Assembly (NCBI GenBank): GCA_965215195.1
Contig: CBDCDC010000002.1
Span: 1,728,001-1,792,000 of the forward strand
Direction: 5' to 3'
Length of the DNA: 64,000 bases
DNA from: Candidatus Latescibacterota bacterium
GTDB lineage: Bacteria; Latescibacterota; UBA2968; UBA8231
Shown here: piece by piece, positions 16,777-27,900 of the stretch
Position numbering within the stretch: position 1 is the stretch's first letter
How the letters are laid out: every line of letters begins with the position of its first letter
Translations under genes and position numbers: made by a program
The notes under the pieces: generated by a model
What the model was told of the DNA's origin: nothing
Database searches by the model: none
Seen by the model: the letters and a program-made list of their open reading frames with translations, nothing else

Positions 16777-17957
16777 TATATCTCGCCTGGACGATAGTCC
16801 GGCGGCCGCGTTTTCCGCTCGCTGAGCCACAGCGCCCGTCCAATCCGCGCTTGGACGTATTGATAGTCATAGCTCGCGTCCGGCGCGGAGATGTTGCCCT
16901 GCGACGGGTATTGGGCAATCGCCTCCTCGACGAGGTCCACGCCCAGCCCGGGCGCATCCGGCACCGCGATATGGCTATCGACGACCTCGGGCTGGCCGGT
17001 CATCACCTCGTAGCGCTGCGGCACATCGTCGGCTAGATGCTCCAAGATCAGGAAGTTGGGCAGCGTGGCCATTAGGTGTACGGCCGCCATTTCGGCCACC
17101 GGCCCCAACGAGCCATCGTGCGGGGCTATTGTGCAGTAGTGGGCCTCGGCCATAGCGGCGATCTTCTTCATCTGCCACAGGCCCCCAGCGCGGCCCGTAT
17201 CCGGCTGTACCACGTCGATGATTTCGCGCTCAATTAGCTCCTTTACCCCCCAAATGGTGGCGTGGCGCTCGCCCGCGGCAATGGGAATGGCCACTGCGTC
17301 GGCAACCCGCGCGAGGGCGTCGATGTTTTCAGGGGCTACTGGATCTTCGTAAAACAGCAGGTCGTAGTCTTCGAGCGCGTGGCCCAAGGCAATGGCGTCG
17401 CGCGTCGTCAGCCAAGGCGGCCCGTGGACGTCGACCATGAGATCCACCTCGTCGCCGACCTCCTTGCGAATGGCGGCGACCGTTTCGACGCAGTTTTTAA
17501 TTCCCCCGGTCTTTAGCGCCGTATAGCCTTGATCGACCAAGGAGCGCGCCCGCTCTTTCTCGTGCGCGTGGGCATAGACCCGCACCCGGTCGCGCATCTT
17601 GCCGCCCAAGAGGTTCCACACCGGCTGCCCGAGGGCCTTGCCCTTGATGTCCCACAGGGCCATCTCAATGCCGGTCATGGCACCAGAGCCGACGATGCCG
17701 GTCATGCCGTGGCCCATCATCGCCACCTGCATCTTGCCCCACAGCCGCTCAATGTGGAACGGATCCTCGCCGATCATCAAAGGCGTCAGGTCGTGGATGG
17801 CCGTTTCGACCACGCGCGGCCAGCCCGAAGCCTCGCCCACGCCGTAGATGCCGGCGTCGGTCTCGACCTTGACGAAGAGCCAGTTGCGCGCCGACCAACC
17901 GCTCGCCTGTGGAGGCGCGCACTGCATTAAATAGGTCTTGATCTGGGTAATTTTCAT
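16773..17957 (-). CDS. Mandelate racemase/enolase-superfamily dehydratase (galactonate dehydratase-like)
   Basis: NWLFVKVETD, ALWDIKGK, DVHG, EDP, GER, QPD. Confidence 0.88.
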   Translation of the reverse strand: MKITQIKTYLMQCAPPQASGWSARNWLFVKVETDAGIYGVGEASGWPRVVETAIHDLTPLMIGEDPFHIERLWGKMQVAMMGHGMTGIVGSGAMTGIEMALWDIKGKALGQPVWNLLGGKMRDRVRVYAHAHEKERARSLVDQGYTALKTGGIKNCVETVAAIRKEVGDEVDLMVDVHGPPWLTTRDAIALGHALEDYDLLFYEDPVAPENIDALARVADAVAIPIAAGERHATIWGVKELIEREIIDVVQPDTGRAGGLWQMKKIAAMAEAHYCTIAPHDGSLGPVAEMAAVHLMATLPNFLILEHLADDVPQRYEVMTGQPEVVDSHIAVPDAPGLGVDLVEEAIAQYPSQGNISAPDASYDYQYVQARIGRALWLSERKTRPPDYRPGEIY

Positions 17958-18039
17958 AGCGATCTCCCCGCGTTGCAATGGAGCGACAAGTATAAGCCAC
18001 AGCGCGAAATCAATCCATTGCCGGCACCCAGTGCGCAGA

Positions 18040-18068
18040 TTGACAGGTATATTTTCAATACTTAGCTT
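18040..18068 (+). promoter_or_regulatory. Sigma70-like promoter
   Basis: TTGACA-17 bp-TAGCTT upstream of the polyprenyl synthase run. Confidence 0.55.
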
Positions 18069-18117
18069 CTAAATTTTCTATTTATTTGGCGATTTAATTC
18101 TGACAGATGTCTTTCTC

Positions 18118-19086
18118 ATGGATCCCTGCATAGGTCTGATCGATCAAGAACTGACCCGGTTTGAAAAGCGGCTCAACGCCGAGCTCAACGCCGATGTCGA
18201 GCTGGTCCACGTCATTGCTCGCTACATGGCCACGCTCAAGGGCAAGCGCCTCCGGCCGGCCCTCATCTTGCTCGTGGCCAAAGCGTCTGGCGACTGGAAC
18301 GAACAGCTAATTGACGCGGCCGTGGCTGTCGAAATGATTCACGCCGCCACCATGGCCCACGACGACGTAGTGGACTCCGCGACCGTGCGCCGGGGCCGCG
18401 AGACGGTCAACGAGCGCTGGAGCGGGCAGATCGCCGTCCTCATGGGCGACTTTCTCCTCGCACGTGCCCTGCGCCTGCTGATCGGGGTCGGCAATCTGCA
18501 AGTCCTGAGCGTGGTCGCGTACGCCACCGAGCGGCTGAGCATGGGCGAAATTTTTGAAATCCAGATCGGCACTCAGTGCGATACGCGCGAAGAGTCGTAT
18601 TTCGCCATGGTCAGCGACAAGACAGCTTCCCTGATCTCGGCTGCAGCGCGGATTGGCGCGATTCTCTCCGGCGCATCGGACGAGATCGTGCAATCCATGG
18701 GGCGCTACGGAGAATCGCTCGGCCGCGCCTTCCAAGTCGCCGACGACATCCTCGACCTCACCAGCGATCAGGCGACCATGGGCAAGCCCGTCGGGCACGA
18801 CCTGCGCGAAGGCAAAATTACCTTGCCGTTGATACGCGCCTTACAGCAAGCCCCCTCGGGAGCGCGGGCCGAGATGGAGGCCTTTTTGGCCCGGCCGGAC
18901 AAGGACGAAGCCGAATGGGGGCAGATCGTGGCCTTTGTCGATAAGCACCAAGGAGTCGCCGCGGCCGCCGAGACCGCGCACGAATGTGCCGCCCACGCTC
19001 AGGAGTGCCTCGCGGTGCTGGCCCCTTCCCCGGCCCGCGCCGCGCTAGAACGAGCCGTGCAGCTCGTCGTCGAGCGCAACAATTGA
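18118..19086 (+). CDS. Polyprenyl diphosphate synthase (IspB/HepT family)
   Basis: GKRLRP, HDDVVD, KTA, FQVADDILD. Confidence 0.93.
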   Translation: MDPCIGLIDQELTRFEKRLNAELNADVELVHVIARYMATLKGKRLRPALILLVAKASGDWNEQLIDAAVAVEMIHAATMAHDDVVDSATVRRGRETVNERWSGQIAVLMGDFLLARALRLLIGVGNLQVLSVVAYATERLSMGEIFEIQIGTQCDTREESYFAMVSDKTASLISAAARIGAILSGASDEIVQSMGRYGESLGRAFQVADDILDLTSDQATMGKPVGHDLREGKITLPLIRALQQAPSGARAEMEAFLARPDKDEAEWGQIVAFVDKHQGVAAAAETAHECAAHAQECLAVLAPSPARAALERAVQLVVERNN

Positions 19087-19098
19087 CGCGACCAGTCC

Positions 19099-20136
19099 AT
19101 GCTCAAGCGCTGTCTGCTGGCCGTAGGCGGTTTGGCCGTGGTCCTGTACTTTCTGCCGTCGCCCCGGCCCGCCGCGCCGGTGCGCGCAGACCGCCTCTTG
19201 TTGGGAACCCTCGTCACGGTCAAACTCTACGGAGACGAAGCAGTGGTTCGCCCGCACGTAGAAGCGGCGTACGCGGAAATCGCCCGCGTCGATTCGGGGA
19301 TGAGCCACTACCGCGAGGGCGGCGCACTGCGGCGACTGGAGCAACGGGCGCGTCTCGCTCCAACGCACGGCCCGGCCGGGCTGATTGCGGTCTTGACGCG
19401 CAGCCAGCATTTTGCCGCGTTGACCGATGGAGCGTTTGACTGCACGGTGGGGGCGTTGACGAGTCTGTGGGACTTCCCCGACGCGGTAGCACCGCCTGCC
19501 CCGGCACAGATTGATTCAGCGCGGGCGCTGGTGGGCTACGAAGGGCTGGAAGTGGCGGCCCAGTCGTTGCGGATCAACAGGCCGGGGCTGCGCTTGGATC
19601 TGGGAGCGGCGGCCAAAGGCTACGCAGTTGACCAAGCCGTAGCGGCCCTGCAGGAGTTGGAAGTGGCGGCCGGGATGATCGAGGCCGGGGGCGACATTCG
19701 CTATTGGGGCGAAAAGCCGGACGGACGGCCTTGGCTCTTTGGAGTTCAGCACCCGCGTGCGCCAGAGCAATACATAGCAGTAGAGGACCTCGGGCTCGCG
19801 GCGATCGCGACCTCTGGTGACTACGAGCAGTACTTTGATTGGGAAGGCGAGCGCTATCACCACTTGCTCGACCCCAAGACCGGCTATCCAGCGCGGGCAT
19901 GCATAAGCGCCACCGTGTGGGCCGCGACCGCTCTGGACGCCGACATCCTATCGACTGCGGTCTTCGTCTTAGGGCCTGAGCAAGGGCTCGCGCTCGTCGA
20001 GGGCCTAACGGACGTCGAGGGCTTCATTTTCTTTGCGCGAGACGGGCAGCTCATGCACCGGGCGTCAACCGGGCTGAGCGGCCGCTTTCGCTTTTGCAAT
20101 AGCAGCAAACTTTCGCCGGGCTGCGCTCGGCAATAG
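19099..20136 (+). CDS. apbE: FAD:protein FMN transferase
   Basis: DLGAAAKGY, GGD, ATSGDY, YHHLLDPKTG. Confidence 0.92.
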   Translation: MLKRCLLAVGGLAVVLYFLPSPRPAAPVRADRLLLGTLVTVKLYGDEAVVRPHVEAAYAEIARVDSGMSHYREGGALRRLEQRARLAPTHGPAGLIAVLTRSQHFAALTDGAFDCTVGALTSLWDFPDAVAPPAPAQIDSARALVGYEGLEVAAQSLRINRPGLRLDLGAAAKGYAVDQAVAALQELEVAAGMIEAGGDIRYWGEKPDGRPWLFGVQHPRAPEQYIAVEDLGLAAIATSGDYEQYFDWEGERYHHLLDPKTGYPARACISATVWAATALDADILSTAVFVLGPEQGLALVEGLTDVEGFIFFARDGQLMHRASTGLSGRFRFCNSSKLSPGCARQ

Positions 20137-20154
20137 CGGAGTAAAGACAACTTT

Positions 20155-22677
20155 ATGAAACGCAACCGGAAACTCGTGCTGATCTTGGCACTGATCGCCG
20201 CGGCCGTGTACTACCTGCTGCCGAGCGTGGAATTTTACAGTATGACGGACGACGAGCGCGAGGACCTAGAGCTGAAGGCCCCCGAGCAGCTCGTCGATCT
20301 GAAAAAGCGCTCGCTCAATTTGGGACTGGACTTGCAGGGCGGCATCCACCTCGTCCTAGAGGTCAAGACCGAGGGGATGGAGCAGCAGGAAGCCCAAGAT
20401 GCGGTCGCCCAAGCACAGGAAGTCATTCGCAACCGCGTCGATCAGTTCGGGGTGGCCGAGCCGACCATTCAGCGCCAAGGCGACAACCGCATCATCATTG
20501 AGTTGCCCGGCGTACAGGACGTGCAGCGCGCCAAAGATCTAGTGGGCCAGACCGCGCTCCTCGAATTCCAGCTCCTCGAACCCGCGGAGGATCGCACTCG
20601 CCTGATCCAGCGCATCGACCAAGTGCTAGCCCCGCCAGAAGAAGGCGAAGAAGAGGAAGAAGACCTCCTCCTTGCCTCCACAGCAGAAAGTGCCCCCCTC
20701 TCCTCCATGCTCAGCCTCGCCGGCGAAGACCTCACAGTCTCGGGCCGCCACTTGCAGCGCGTCAAGAGTTTGCTCAACGCCCCAGAGGCCCAAGAGCTCA
20801 TCCCGGCAGACGTGGAATTTCTCTTTTCGAGCAAGCCCGCTGGGGCCGAGGGCAATGAGTTCTACTTCCTCTACTTGGTGCGCAAGAAGCCGGAGATGAC
20901 CGGGCACATGATTCAGGACGCCTTTGTCTCCATTGGCCAAGTAGTAGAGTACATGGGCCAGCCCATCGTCAATTTCTCGACCACCGACGAAGGGGTGCGG
21001 CTCTTCAGCCGCATCACCGGCTCGCACATCGGCGAGCGCATGGCCATCGTCCTCGACGAATCGGTGTACTCGGCCCCGGTCATCCAGAACAAAATCAGCG
21101 AGGGTCGCGGCATCATCACCGGCAGCGGCACCCAAGAAGAGGCCAAAGACCTCGCCATCGTGCTGCGAGCCGGCGCGCTACCGGCCGAGGTCGAGATCAT
21201 CGAAGACCGCACGGTCGGTCCCTCGCTGGGGCGCGACTCCATCGAGCAAGGCAAGACAGCAGCGATCTACAGCATGGTGCTGATAGCGATCTTCATGGTC
21301 CTCTACTATCGAACGGCCGGGCTGATCGCCGACTGCGCCCTCCTGCTCAACATGCTCTTCATCATGGCGGTACTGGCCGGTTTTCACGCCACCTTGACTT
21401 TGCCCGGCATCGCCGGCATCATCCTGACTATTGGCATGGCCGTTGACGCCAATGTGCTGATCTTCGAGCGCATCCGCGAAGAGCTGCGCTCGGGCAAAAC
21501 CGTCCGCGCAGCCATAGATTCCGGCTATGGCCACGCGCTCTCGGCCATCATCGACGCCAATGTGACCACGTTCCTAGTCGGCATCGTGCTCTATCAGTTC
21601 GGCACCGGGCCGATCCGCGGCTTTGCCTTGACCCTGTGCATCGGCATCATCTCCAGCCTCTTTACGGCCTTCTTTGTGACCCGCACAATTTTCGATCTGA
21701 TCACCCGCAAGTCGCAGCAATCGACCTTGAGCATCGGGCCCGTTGCGCTCTTCGCCAACCTGAACATCCGCTTCCTCTCGTTGCGCAACATTGGTTTCGG
21801 CACCTCGGCGGCCGTGCTGCTCCTCGGCATGATCTCCATTTTGGGCATCAACGGCATCCGGCCGGGCATTGACTTTGCCGGCGGTACCTTGCTGGAGTTG
21901 CACTTTGATCCAGCCGTACAAGTCGAGGATATCCGCGGCCAACTCGGCCGCGTCCCGGTAGGCGATGCCGAGATCGACCTGAGCAAGAGCGAGATCAAGC
22001 AGTTCGGCTCGGAAAACGACATCCTCATCCGCGTCACCGAAAGCGGGGAAGGCACCGAGGTAGCCGACGGCATTATGGGGGTTCTCAAGGCCGGATTTGC
22101 CGACAACATCGCGGCGCTGGAGTGGATCCGACGGCAAGAAAAGGTCGGCCCCAAAATCGGCAGCGAACTGAGCAGCGCGGCCGTGCGGGCGGTGTTGGTG
22201 GCACTGGGGCTGATTCTGATCTACATGGCTTGGCGCTTCCACCGCTTCCTCTACGGCATCGCCGCGGTCGTCGCGCTCTTCCACGACGTGCTCATCACCC
22301 TCGGGCTGCTCTCGCTCTTCGACATTGAGATTACCCTCGCGGTGGTCGCCGCTCTGCTGGCCATTGTCGGCTACTCGCTCAACGACACGATCGTGGTCTT
22401 CGACCGCATCCGCGAAAACCTGCACACAGCCCGCCGACAGGGCTTTGACGGCACGGTAAATCAGAGCATCAACGAGTGCCTGAGCCGCACGCTGATCACC
22501 TCGGCGACGACCCTCTTGGCCGTGCTAGTGCTGATGCTCTTTGGCGGCGAGGTCAACCGCGACTTCACCATCACCTTGATGATCGGCGTCGTGGTCGGCA
22601 CTTATTCGTCTGTATTCGTCGCCAGCCCGGTGCTCTACCTAGGCCAACAGCGGGCCGCAGCCAAAAGGGCCAACTGA
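20155..22677 (+). CDS. secDF: Fused protein translocase SecDF
   Basis: LGLDLQGG, GMAVDANVLIFERI, GIDFAGG, GYSLNDTIVVFDR. Confidence 0.96.
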   Translation: MKRNRKLVLILALIAAAVYYLLPSVEFYSMTDDEREDLELKAPEQLVDLKKRSLNLGLDLQGGIHLVLEVKTEGMEQQEAQDAVAQAQEVIRNRVDQFGVAEPTIQRQGDNRIIIELPGVQDVQRAKDLVGQTALLEFQLLEPAEDRTRLIQRIDQVLAPPEEGEEEEEDLLLASTAESAPLSSMLSLAGEDLTVSGRHLQRVKSLLNAPEAQELIPADVEFLFSSKPAGAEGNEFYFLYLVRKKPEMTGHMIQDAFVSIGQVVEYMGQPIVNFSTTDEGVRLFSRITGSHIGERMAIVLDESVYSAPVIQNKISEGRGIITGSGTQEEAKDLAIVLRAGALPAEVEIIEDRTVGPSLGRDSIEQGKTAAIYSMVLIAIFMVLYYRTAGLIADCALLLNMLFIMAVLAGFHATLTLPGIAGIILTIGMAVDANVLIFERIREELRSGKTVRAAIDSGYGHALSAIIDANVTTFLVGIVLYQFGTGPIRGFALTLCIGIISSLFTAFFVTRTIFDLITRKSQQSTLSIGPVALFANLNIRFLSLRNIGFGTSAAVLLLGMISILGINGIRPGIDFAGGTLLELHFDPAVQVEDIRGQLGRVPVGDAEIDLSKSEIKQFGSENDILIRVTESGEGTEVADGIMGVLKAGFADNIAALEWIRRQEKVGPKIGSELSSAAVRAVLVALGLILIYMAWRFHRFLYGIAAVVALFHDVLITLGLLSLFDIEITLAVVAALLAIVGYSLNDTIVVFDRIRENLHTARRQGFDGTVNQSINECLSRTLITSATTLLAVLVLMLFGGEVNRDFTITLMIGVVVGTYSSVFVASPVLYLGQQRAAAKRAN

Positions 22678-22687
22678 AGCGGGCCGC

Positions 22688-23923
22688 TTGCGGGCGGGGC
22701 CGCTTCTCGCCGTGAAAACGATAGTAGTAGCTACCTTTGTCCTGCTCTTGACCTACTACGGGCCGCCGCAGGATCGCCCCAGCCCCTTTGACGCCGCGTG
22801 GATGCTGGGTGCTCTGGCCCTCGTGGCCGCGGCTGGAGGCCAACTGGCGCAGGCGATTCGCCTGCCGACACTGGTGGGGTGGATCGGGGCCGGGATGCTG
22901 CTGGGCACTGGCGGCTTACAACTCGTCGATCTAGACGCGTTCTCCCTGTACAAAATGCTCTTCCTCGCGGCCGGCCTCGGGGTCGGATTCCAAGTGGGAC
23001 TGCACGTGGTATGGCCAACGCACGTCTGGCGCACACTTGGGTTGGTAGCGGTGGCGACCGCGCTGATCTTTGCCGCCGTGGCAGCGACCACCGCATTGCT
23101 CGGGTTGCCTTGGCAGCAGGCCGTACTCCTCGGTGCCTTGGCTAGCTTGTGGGGCCCCTTCACCGCCGCGCCGGAATTTGGCCGGCGCGGCGCATTGGTG
23201 CTGGCCGTGCTGGGGACGGGCTGCGCCCTTGTGGCGTTGGGGGGCGCACTGGTCTGGCTAGAGACCGGGGCCGCGGGATGGGTCGGGCGCGTCGGCCTGT
23301 CGCTTGTGGTCGGCGGCGGGCTGGGATTAGGGCTGCGTCTTTTAGGGCGGTTCGCCACCCCAGGCGCGACCATAATCTCCAGCCTAGTGGGGGCTTTTTT
23401 TTTAGCAGCTCTCGCGTTGGAAGCCCTCGAGCTGATGGCACTGCCCTGCGGGCTGATGGCGGGACTGTTACAGGACAAGCAGCACAGCCGCCGCGTGCGA
23501 TTGCTGCTGCACCGGGGGGCACCGGTGGCCTTCATACTCTTTTTTGCTCTCGTGGGGACCGCGCTCGACCTCGGCGCACTATGGCCGCCCGCAGCCGGGC
23601 TGTACGAGGCCGCGCTCGTGCTGGTGACTGTGCCGCTGCTTTTGCGAGGGCTGGTGCCCATGGCGTACTACCCGCTGCCCGGTCCCTACCGAGGGCGGCG
23701 CATTGGCTGGCGGCTCTTGCCGCGCGGTGCGTTGCTGTTCGAGTTGTTCTGCGGCCCGCACGGGCTGGCACCCTACGTAGGGGCCGAGGGCCTGTTGGCG
23801 CAGGCCGTGCTCTTGGACATTTTCGTTTCAGCTCTGCTCTTCTCCGCCTTGGCAGCACTCGTAGATGCGAGCCTTTTCGCTGCGGAAAAGGCCCCGCCCT
23901 CAGAAAGCGGCGCAAAGGCCTAA
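22688..23923 (+). CDS. Multi-pass membrane protein, cation:proton antiporter-like
   Basis: Many hydrophobic helices; LPTLVGWIGAG, FFALVG, LLPRG. Confidence 0.6.
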   Translation: MRAGPLLAVKTIVVATFVLLLTYYGPPQDRPSPFDAAWMLGALALVAAAGGQLAQAIRLPTLVGWIGAGMLLGTGGLQLVDLDAFSLYKMLFLAAGLGVGFQVGLHVVWPTHVWRTLGLVAVATALIFAAVAATTALLGLPWQQAVLLGALASLWGPFTAAPEFGRRGALVLAVLGTGCALVALGGALVWLETGAAGWVGRVGLSLVVGGGLGLGLRLLGRFATPGATIISSLVGAFFLAALALEALELMALPCGLMAGLLQDKQHSRRVRLLLHRGAPVAFILFFALVGTALDLGALWPPAAGLYEAALVLVTVPLLLRGLVPMAYYPLPGPYRGRRIGWRLLPRGALLFELFCGPHGLAPYVGAEGLLAQAVLLDIFVSALLFSALAALVDASLFAAEKAPPSESGAKA

Positions 23924-23986
23924 GTCGGCCGCTGCTCGTTTGTGTCCAACTGGGCTGATTTGTATCTTTAACGGCTTAACGTTTGC

Positions 23987-24679
23987 ATGGACCACATCCG
24001 CGACAACTGGGAATTGCTGCGCGGCCGCATCGAGCGGGCGGCCGAGCGCAGCGGGCGCACCGCGAGCGCGATTGAGGTCGTCGCCATCAGCAAAACGCGC
24101 AGCGTACGCGAAATCGAGGCGGCTTACGCCTGCGGCTTGCGCCTCGTCGGCGAAAACCGCGTCCAAGAAGCAGCGGCCAAGCGCCCGCAGGTCGCCGCAC
24201 CCCTTGCTTGGCACTTCGTCGGCCACTTGCAGACGAATAAAGCCGGGCGGGCCGTCGAGCTTTTCGACCTCGTGCAGTCGGTCGATTCCGCGCGGCTAGC
24301 GGAGGCACTCAATCGCCGAGCTGGACAGACCGACCGCACCATCGAGGTGCTCTTGCAGGTAAACACGTCCGGCAGCCTGAGCCAAGCCGGCGTGGCACCC
24401 GACCAGCTCGTCCATCTAGTCGCAGCCCTCGCACCGCTACCGCACTTGCGGATCCGCGGCCTGATGACCATTGCCGCTCACAGCGAGGACGAGGCCACAG
24501 TCCGCGGCTGCTTTCGGACCTTGCGCGAGCTCGGCGAAAAAATCGCCGAGTGCGATTTTGCGGGCGCATCCATGGACTACCTATCCATGGGCATGAGCGG
24601 CGACTTTGAACTCGCCATAGCCGAAGGGGCCAATCTGTTGCGCCTCGGCACGGCGATCTTCGGCCCACGGCCGATCTGA
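23987..24679 (+). CDS. yggS: PLP homeostasis protein
   Basis: AISKT, GENRVQE, WHFVGHLQTNK, LSMGMSGD. Confidence 0.95.
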   Translation: MDHIRDNWELLRGRIERAAERSGRTASAIEVVAISKTRSVREIEAAYACGLRLVGENRVQEAAAKRPQVAAPLAWHFVGHLQTNKAGRAVELFDLVQSVDSARLAEALNRRAGQTDRTIEVLLQVNTSGSLSQAGVAPDQLVHLVAALAPLPHLRIRGLMTIAAHSEDEATVRGCFRTLRELGEKIAECDFAGASMDYLSMGMSGDFELAIAEGANLLRLGTAIFGPRPI

Positions 24680-24695
24680 TGCACAGGAGATAATC

Positions 24696-24989
24696 GTGTT
24701 CGATTACGGCGGTTTCTTTACAGACGTCAAGGGCCTCATCATCACCCTCATCCATATTTACATCTATATAATCGTCATCCGGGCGGTGATTTCGTGGTTC
24801 AACCCTAGCCCCCACAACCCGCTCGTCCAATTCCTGCGCGGCGTCACCGATCCGGCCCTCGATGCGGTGCGCTCCTTCTTGCCGAGGTTTTTTTGGTCAA
24901 CTGGAATAGACTTTACGCCGCTGATCTTAGTTGTACTGCTCTGGCTCGTCATCAGCTTTTTCCAAAACCTCCTACCCGCAGCCGAATGA
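24696..24989 (+). CDS. yggT: YggT family membrane protein
   Basis: RAVISWFNP..NP..TDP..DFTP. Confidence 0.88.
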   Translation: MFDYGGFFTDVKGLIITLIHIYIYIIVIRAVISWFNPSPHNPLVQFLRGVTDPALDAVRSFLPRFFWSTGIDFTPLILVVLLWLVISFFQNLLPAAE

Positions 24990-27900
24990 ACATGACACCC
25001 CAAACCCCTTTTGCCCCGGTCCCGTCCCAAGTCGATTTTCCCGCTCAGGAGCGCTGCATCCTCGAGTTCTGGCGCACCGGCGACCTGTATCGCAAATCCG
25101 TCGATGCTCGCTCGGTCGAGCGCCCCTTTCGGTTCTACGACGGGCCGCCCTTTGCGACTGGACTGCCCCACTACGGACACCTGCTGGCGTCCATCACCAA
25201 AGACGTGGTGCCCCGCTACTGGACGATGCGCGGCTTTCGGGTCGAGCGCCGCTGGGGCTGGGACTGCCACGGCCTGCCCGTCGAGAACGAAGCCGAGCAA
25301 CAGCTCGGGCTCCGGTCGCGGCGCGACATTCTCGCCTACGGCGTGGCCCAGTTCAACGAGGCTTGCCGAGACTTGGTCCTGCGCTACACGGCCGAGTGGC
25401 AGCGGCTGATCGAGCGACTGGGGCGTTGGGTTGACTGGGACAACCAGTACCGGACGATGGACCCCGATTTCATGGAGTCCGTGTGGTGGGTGTTCAAGTC
25501 GCTGTGGGACAAGGGCCTCGTCTATGAGGGCTACAAGTCCCTCGCCTACTGTCCCCGCTGCGCGACGCCGCTGTCGAACTTCGAGGTCAACCAAGGCTAC
25601 CAAGACACTCAGGACCCGTCGATTACGGTGCGATTCCGCGTCGTCGGCCAGCCGCGCCTGTCCCTGCTCGCTTGGACCACGACCCCATGGACCCTGCCCG
25701 CCAACATGGGCTTGGCCGTCGGCCGCGACATTGACTACGTGCGCGTCACCACCCGCGACGGGGAGCAGTTGATCCTCGCCGCTTCTCTCGTCGAAAGCCT
25801 CTTCCTCCGGCGCGACAGCGAAATCGCCGAGGTAGCGCCGGTTGCCGTCGAAGACCTCGTCGGGCTGCGCTACGAGCCCCTGTTCTCCTACTTCGCCGAC
25901 CACGCCGAGGAGGGCGCTTTCCGCGTGGTGACGGCCGACTTTGTATCGACTGACGACGGCACCGGCATCGTCCACATTGCCCCGGGGTTTGGCGAGGACG
26001 ATTACCAACTCGGTCTGGCCGAGGGCTTGCCCGTAGTCTGCCCCATCGACGCCGATTGCTGCTTCACCGACGAGCTCCCGGACTTTGCGGGCACCTTCGT
26101 AAAGGACGCGGATACGCCCATCATCCGCCGCTTGCGCACCTCGGGTCAGCTATTCTCCGAAGGCTCCATCGAGCACGCGTACCCGTTCTGCTGGCGCTGC
26201 GACTCGCCCCTCATCTACCGCACGATCTCCACTTGGTTCGTGAAGATCGAAGGCGAAGTGAAGGAAAAGATGCTCGCCGCCAATCAGCAGATCTGGTGGA
26301 TTCCCGAGCACATCCGCAATGGCCGCTTCGGCAAGGGCGTTGAGTCGGCCCCGGACTGGGCCGTCAGCCGCAACCGCTACTGGGGAACGCCGCTGCCGAT
26401 TTGGCGCAACGAGGAGACGGGCGAAGCCGTGTGCGTCGGCAGCCGCGAGGAGTTGTGCGAACTCGCCGGACGCGACATCGACGACCTGCACAAGCACTTC
26501 ATCGACGACTTCGAGATTCCGGCGCCGTCCGGGAACGGCTCGCTGCGCCGCGTGCCCGAAGTCCTCGACTGCTGGTTCGAGTCCGGCTCCATGCCGTACG
26601 CGCAGAGCCACTATCCCTTCGGTCAGCGCGAGGACTTTGCAGCTTCTTTTCCGGCCGACTTCATCTCCGAAAACCTCGATCAGACTCGCGGATGGTTTTA
26701 CACCCTGACGATCTTGGCTGCGGCCCTGTTCGACAAGCCGGCCTTCCACAACTGCATCGTCGGCGGCATGTTGCTAGCCGCGGACGGACGCAAGCTGAGC
26801 AAGCGTTTGAAGAACTATCCCGATCCGGCTGAGATGCTCGACACCTACGGCGCCGACGCCCTGCGCCTCTATCTGCTCAACTCGCCGGCCATGAAGGCCG
26901 AGGAGATGCGCCTTACCCAAGAGGGCATCAAGCAGAGCCTGCGCGACGTCATCATCCCCTTGTGGAATGCCTATAGCTTCTTTGTCACTTACGCGACTAT
27001 TGATGGTTGGAGGCCAGACGCGGGCCGGGCGCAGACGCTCAACCACCGCCTTGACCGCTGGATTCTTTCGGAGCTACAGACCCTGCTCCGCGAGCTCAAC
27101 GCCGAAATGGAAGCCTACCGGCTCTATCGCACCGTGCCGGCGATGGTGGCCTTTATCGAGAAGCTGACCAACTGGTACATCCGCCGCAGCCGCCGCCGCT
27201 TCTGGAAGTCCGAAGACGATCAAGACAAGGAAGCGGCGTATGACACCCTCTATCGGGTGTTGGTGACCTTCATCAAAGCCCTAGCCCCGGTCTTGCCCTT
27301 TATCACCGAGATTATCTACCAGAACTTGGTGCGCCGCGTGGATGCCGAGGCCCCCGAAAGCGTCCATCTGTGCGACATGCCCCAAGCCGACGAGCACTTG
27401 CGCGACACCGCCTTAGAGCAGCAAATGGATCTGGCGACGCGAGCCGTAGTCTTGGGCCGCTCGCTGCGCAGCAAGCACCAGCTCAAGGTGCGCCAGCCGC
27501 TGCGCCACCTCTGGCTTTTGCCCCCCAATGGACACACTCATCACGGGCTGGCGCAGATGACCGACTTGCTAGCCGACGAGCTCAACGTCAAGGAGGTGGT
27601 GCTGGTGGAGGACGAGACCGAATTCAGCGAGGTCTCCTACCGGCCCGACTTCCGCGCCTTAGGGCCGCGCTTCGGCAAGCGGATGCCAGAAGTCGCCGCC
27701 CGCATCCAAGCCCTGACGTCCGCGGAGGTACACCTCCTCGAAAGCGGCGGCCAGCTCTCCGTGGCCGGCGGCGCGATCGGGCTGGCCGACATCGCCGTGC
27801 AGCGCCGGGAGAAAGAGGGCGTGGTGGCAGCCCTCGACAACAACCTCGGGGTGGGGCTGGACATCCAGCTCGACGACGAGTTGATCGCCGAGTGTACTGC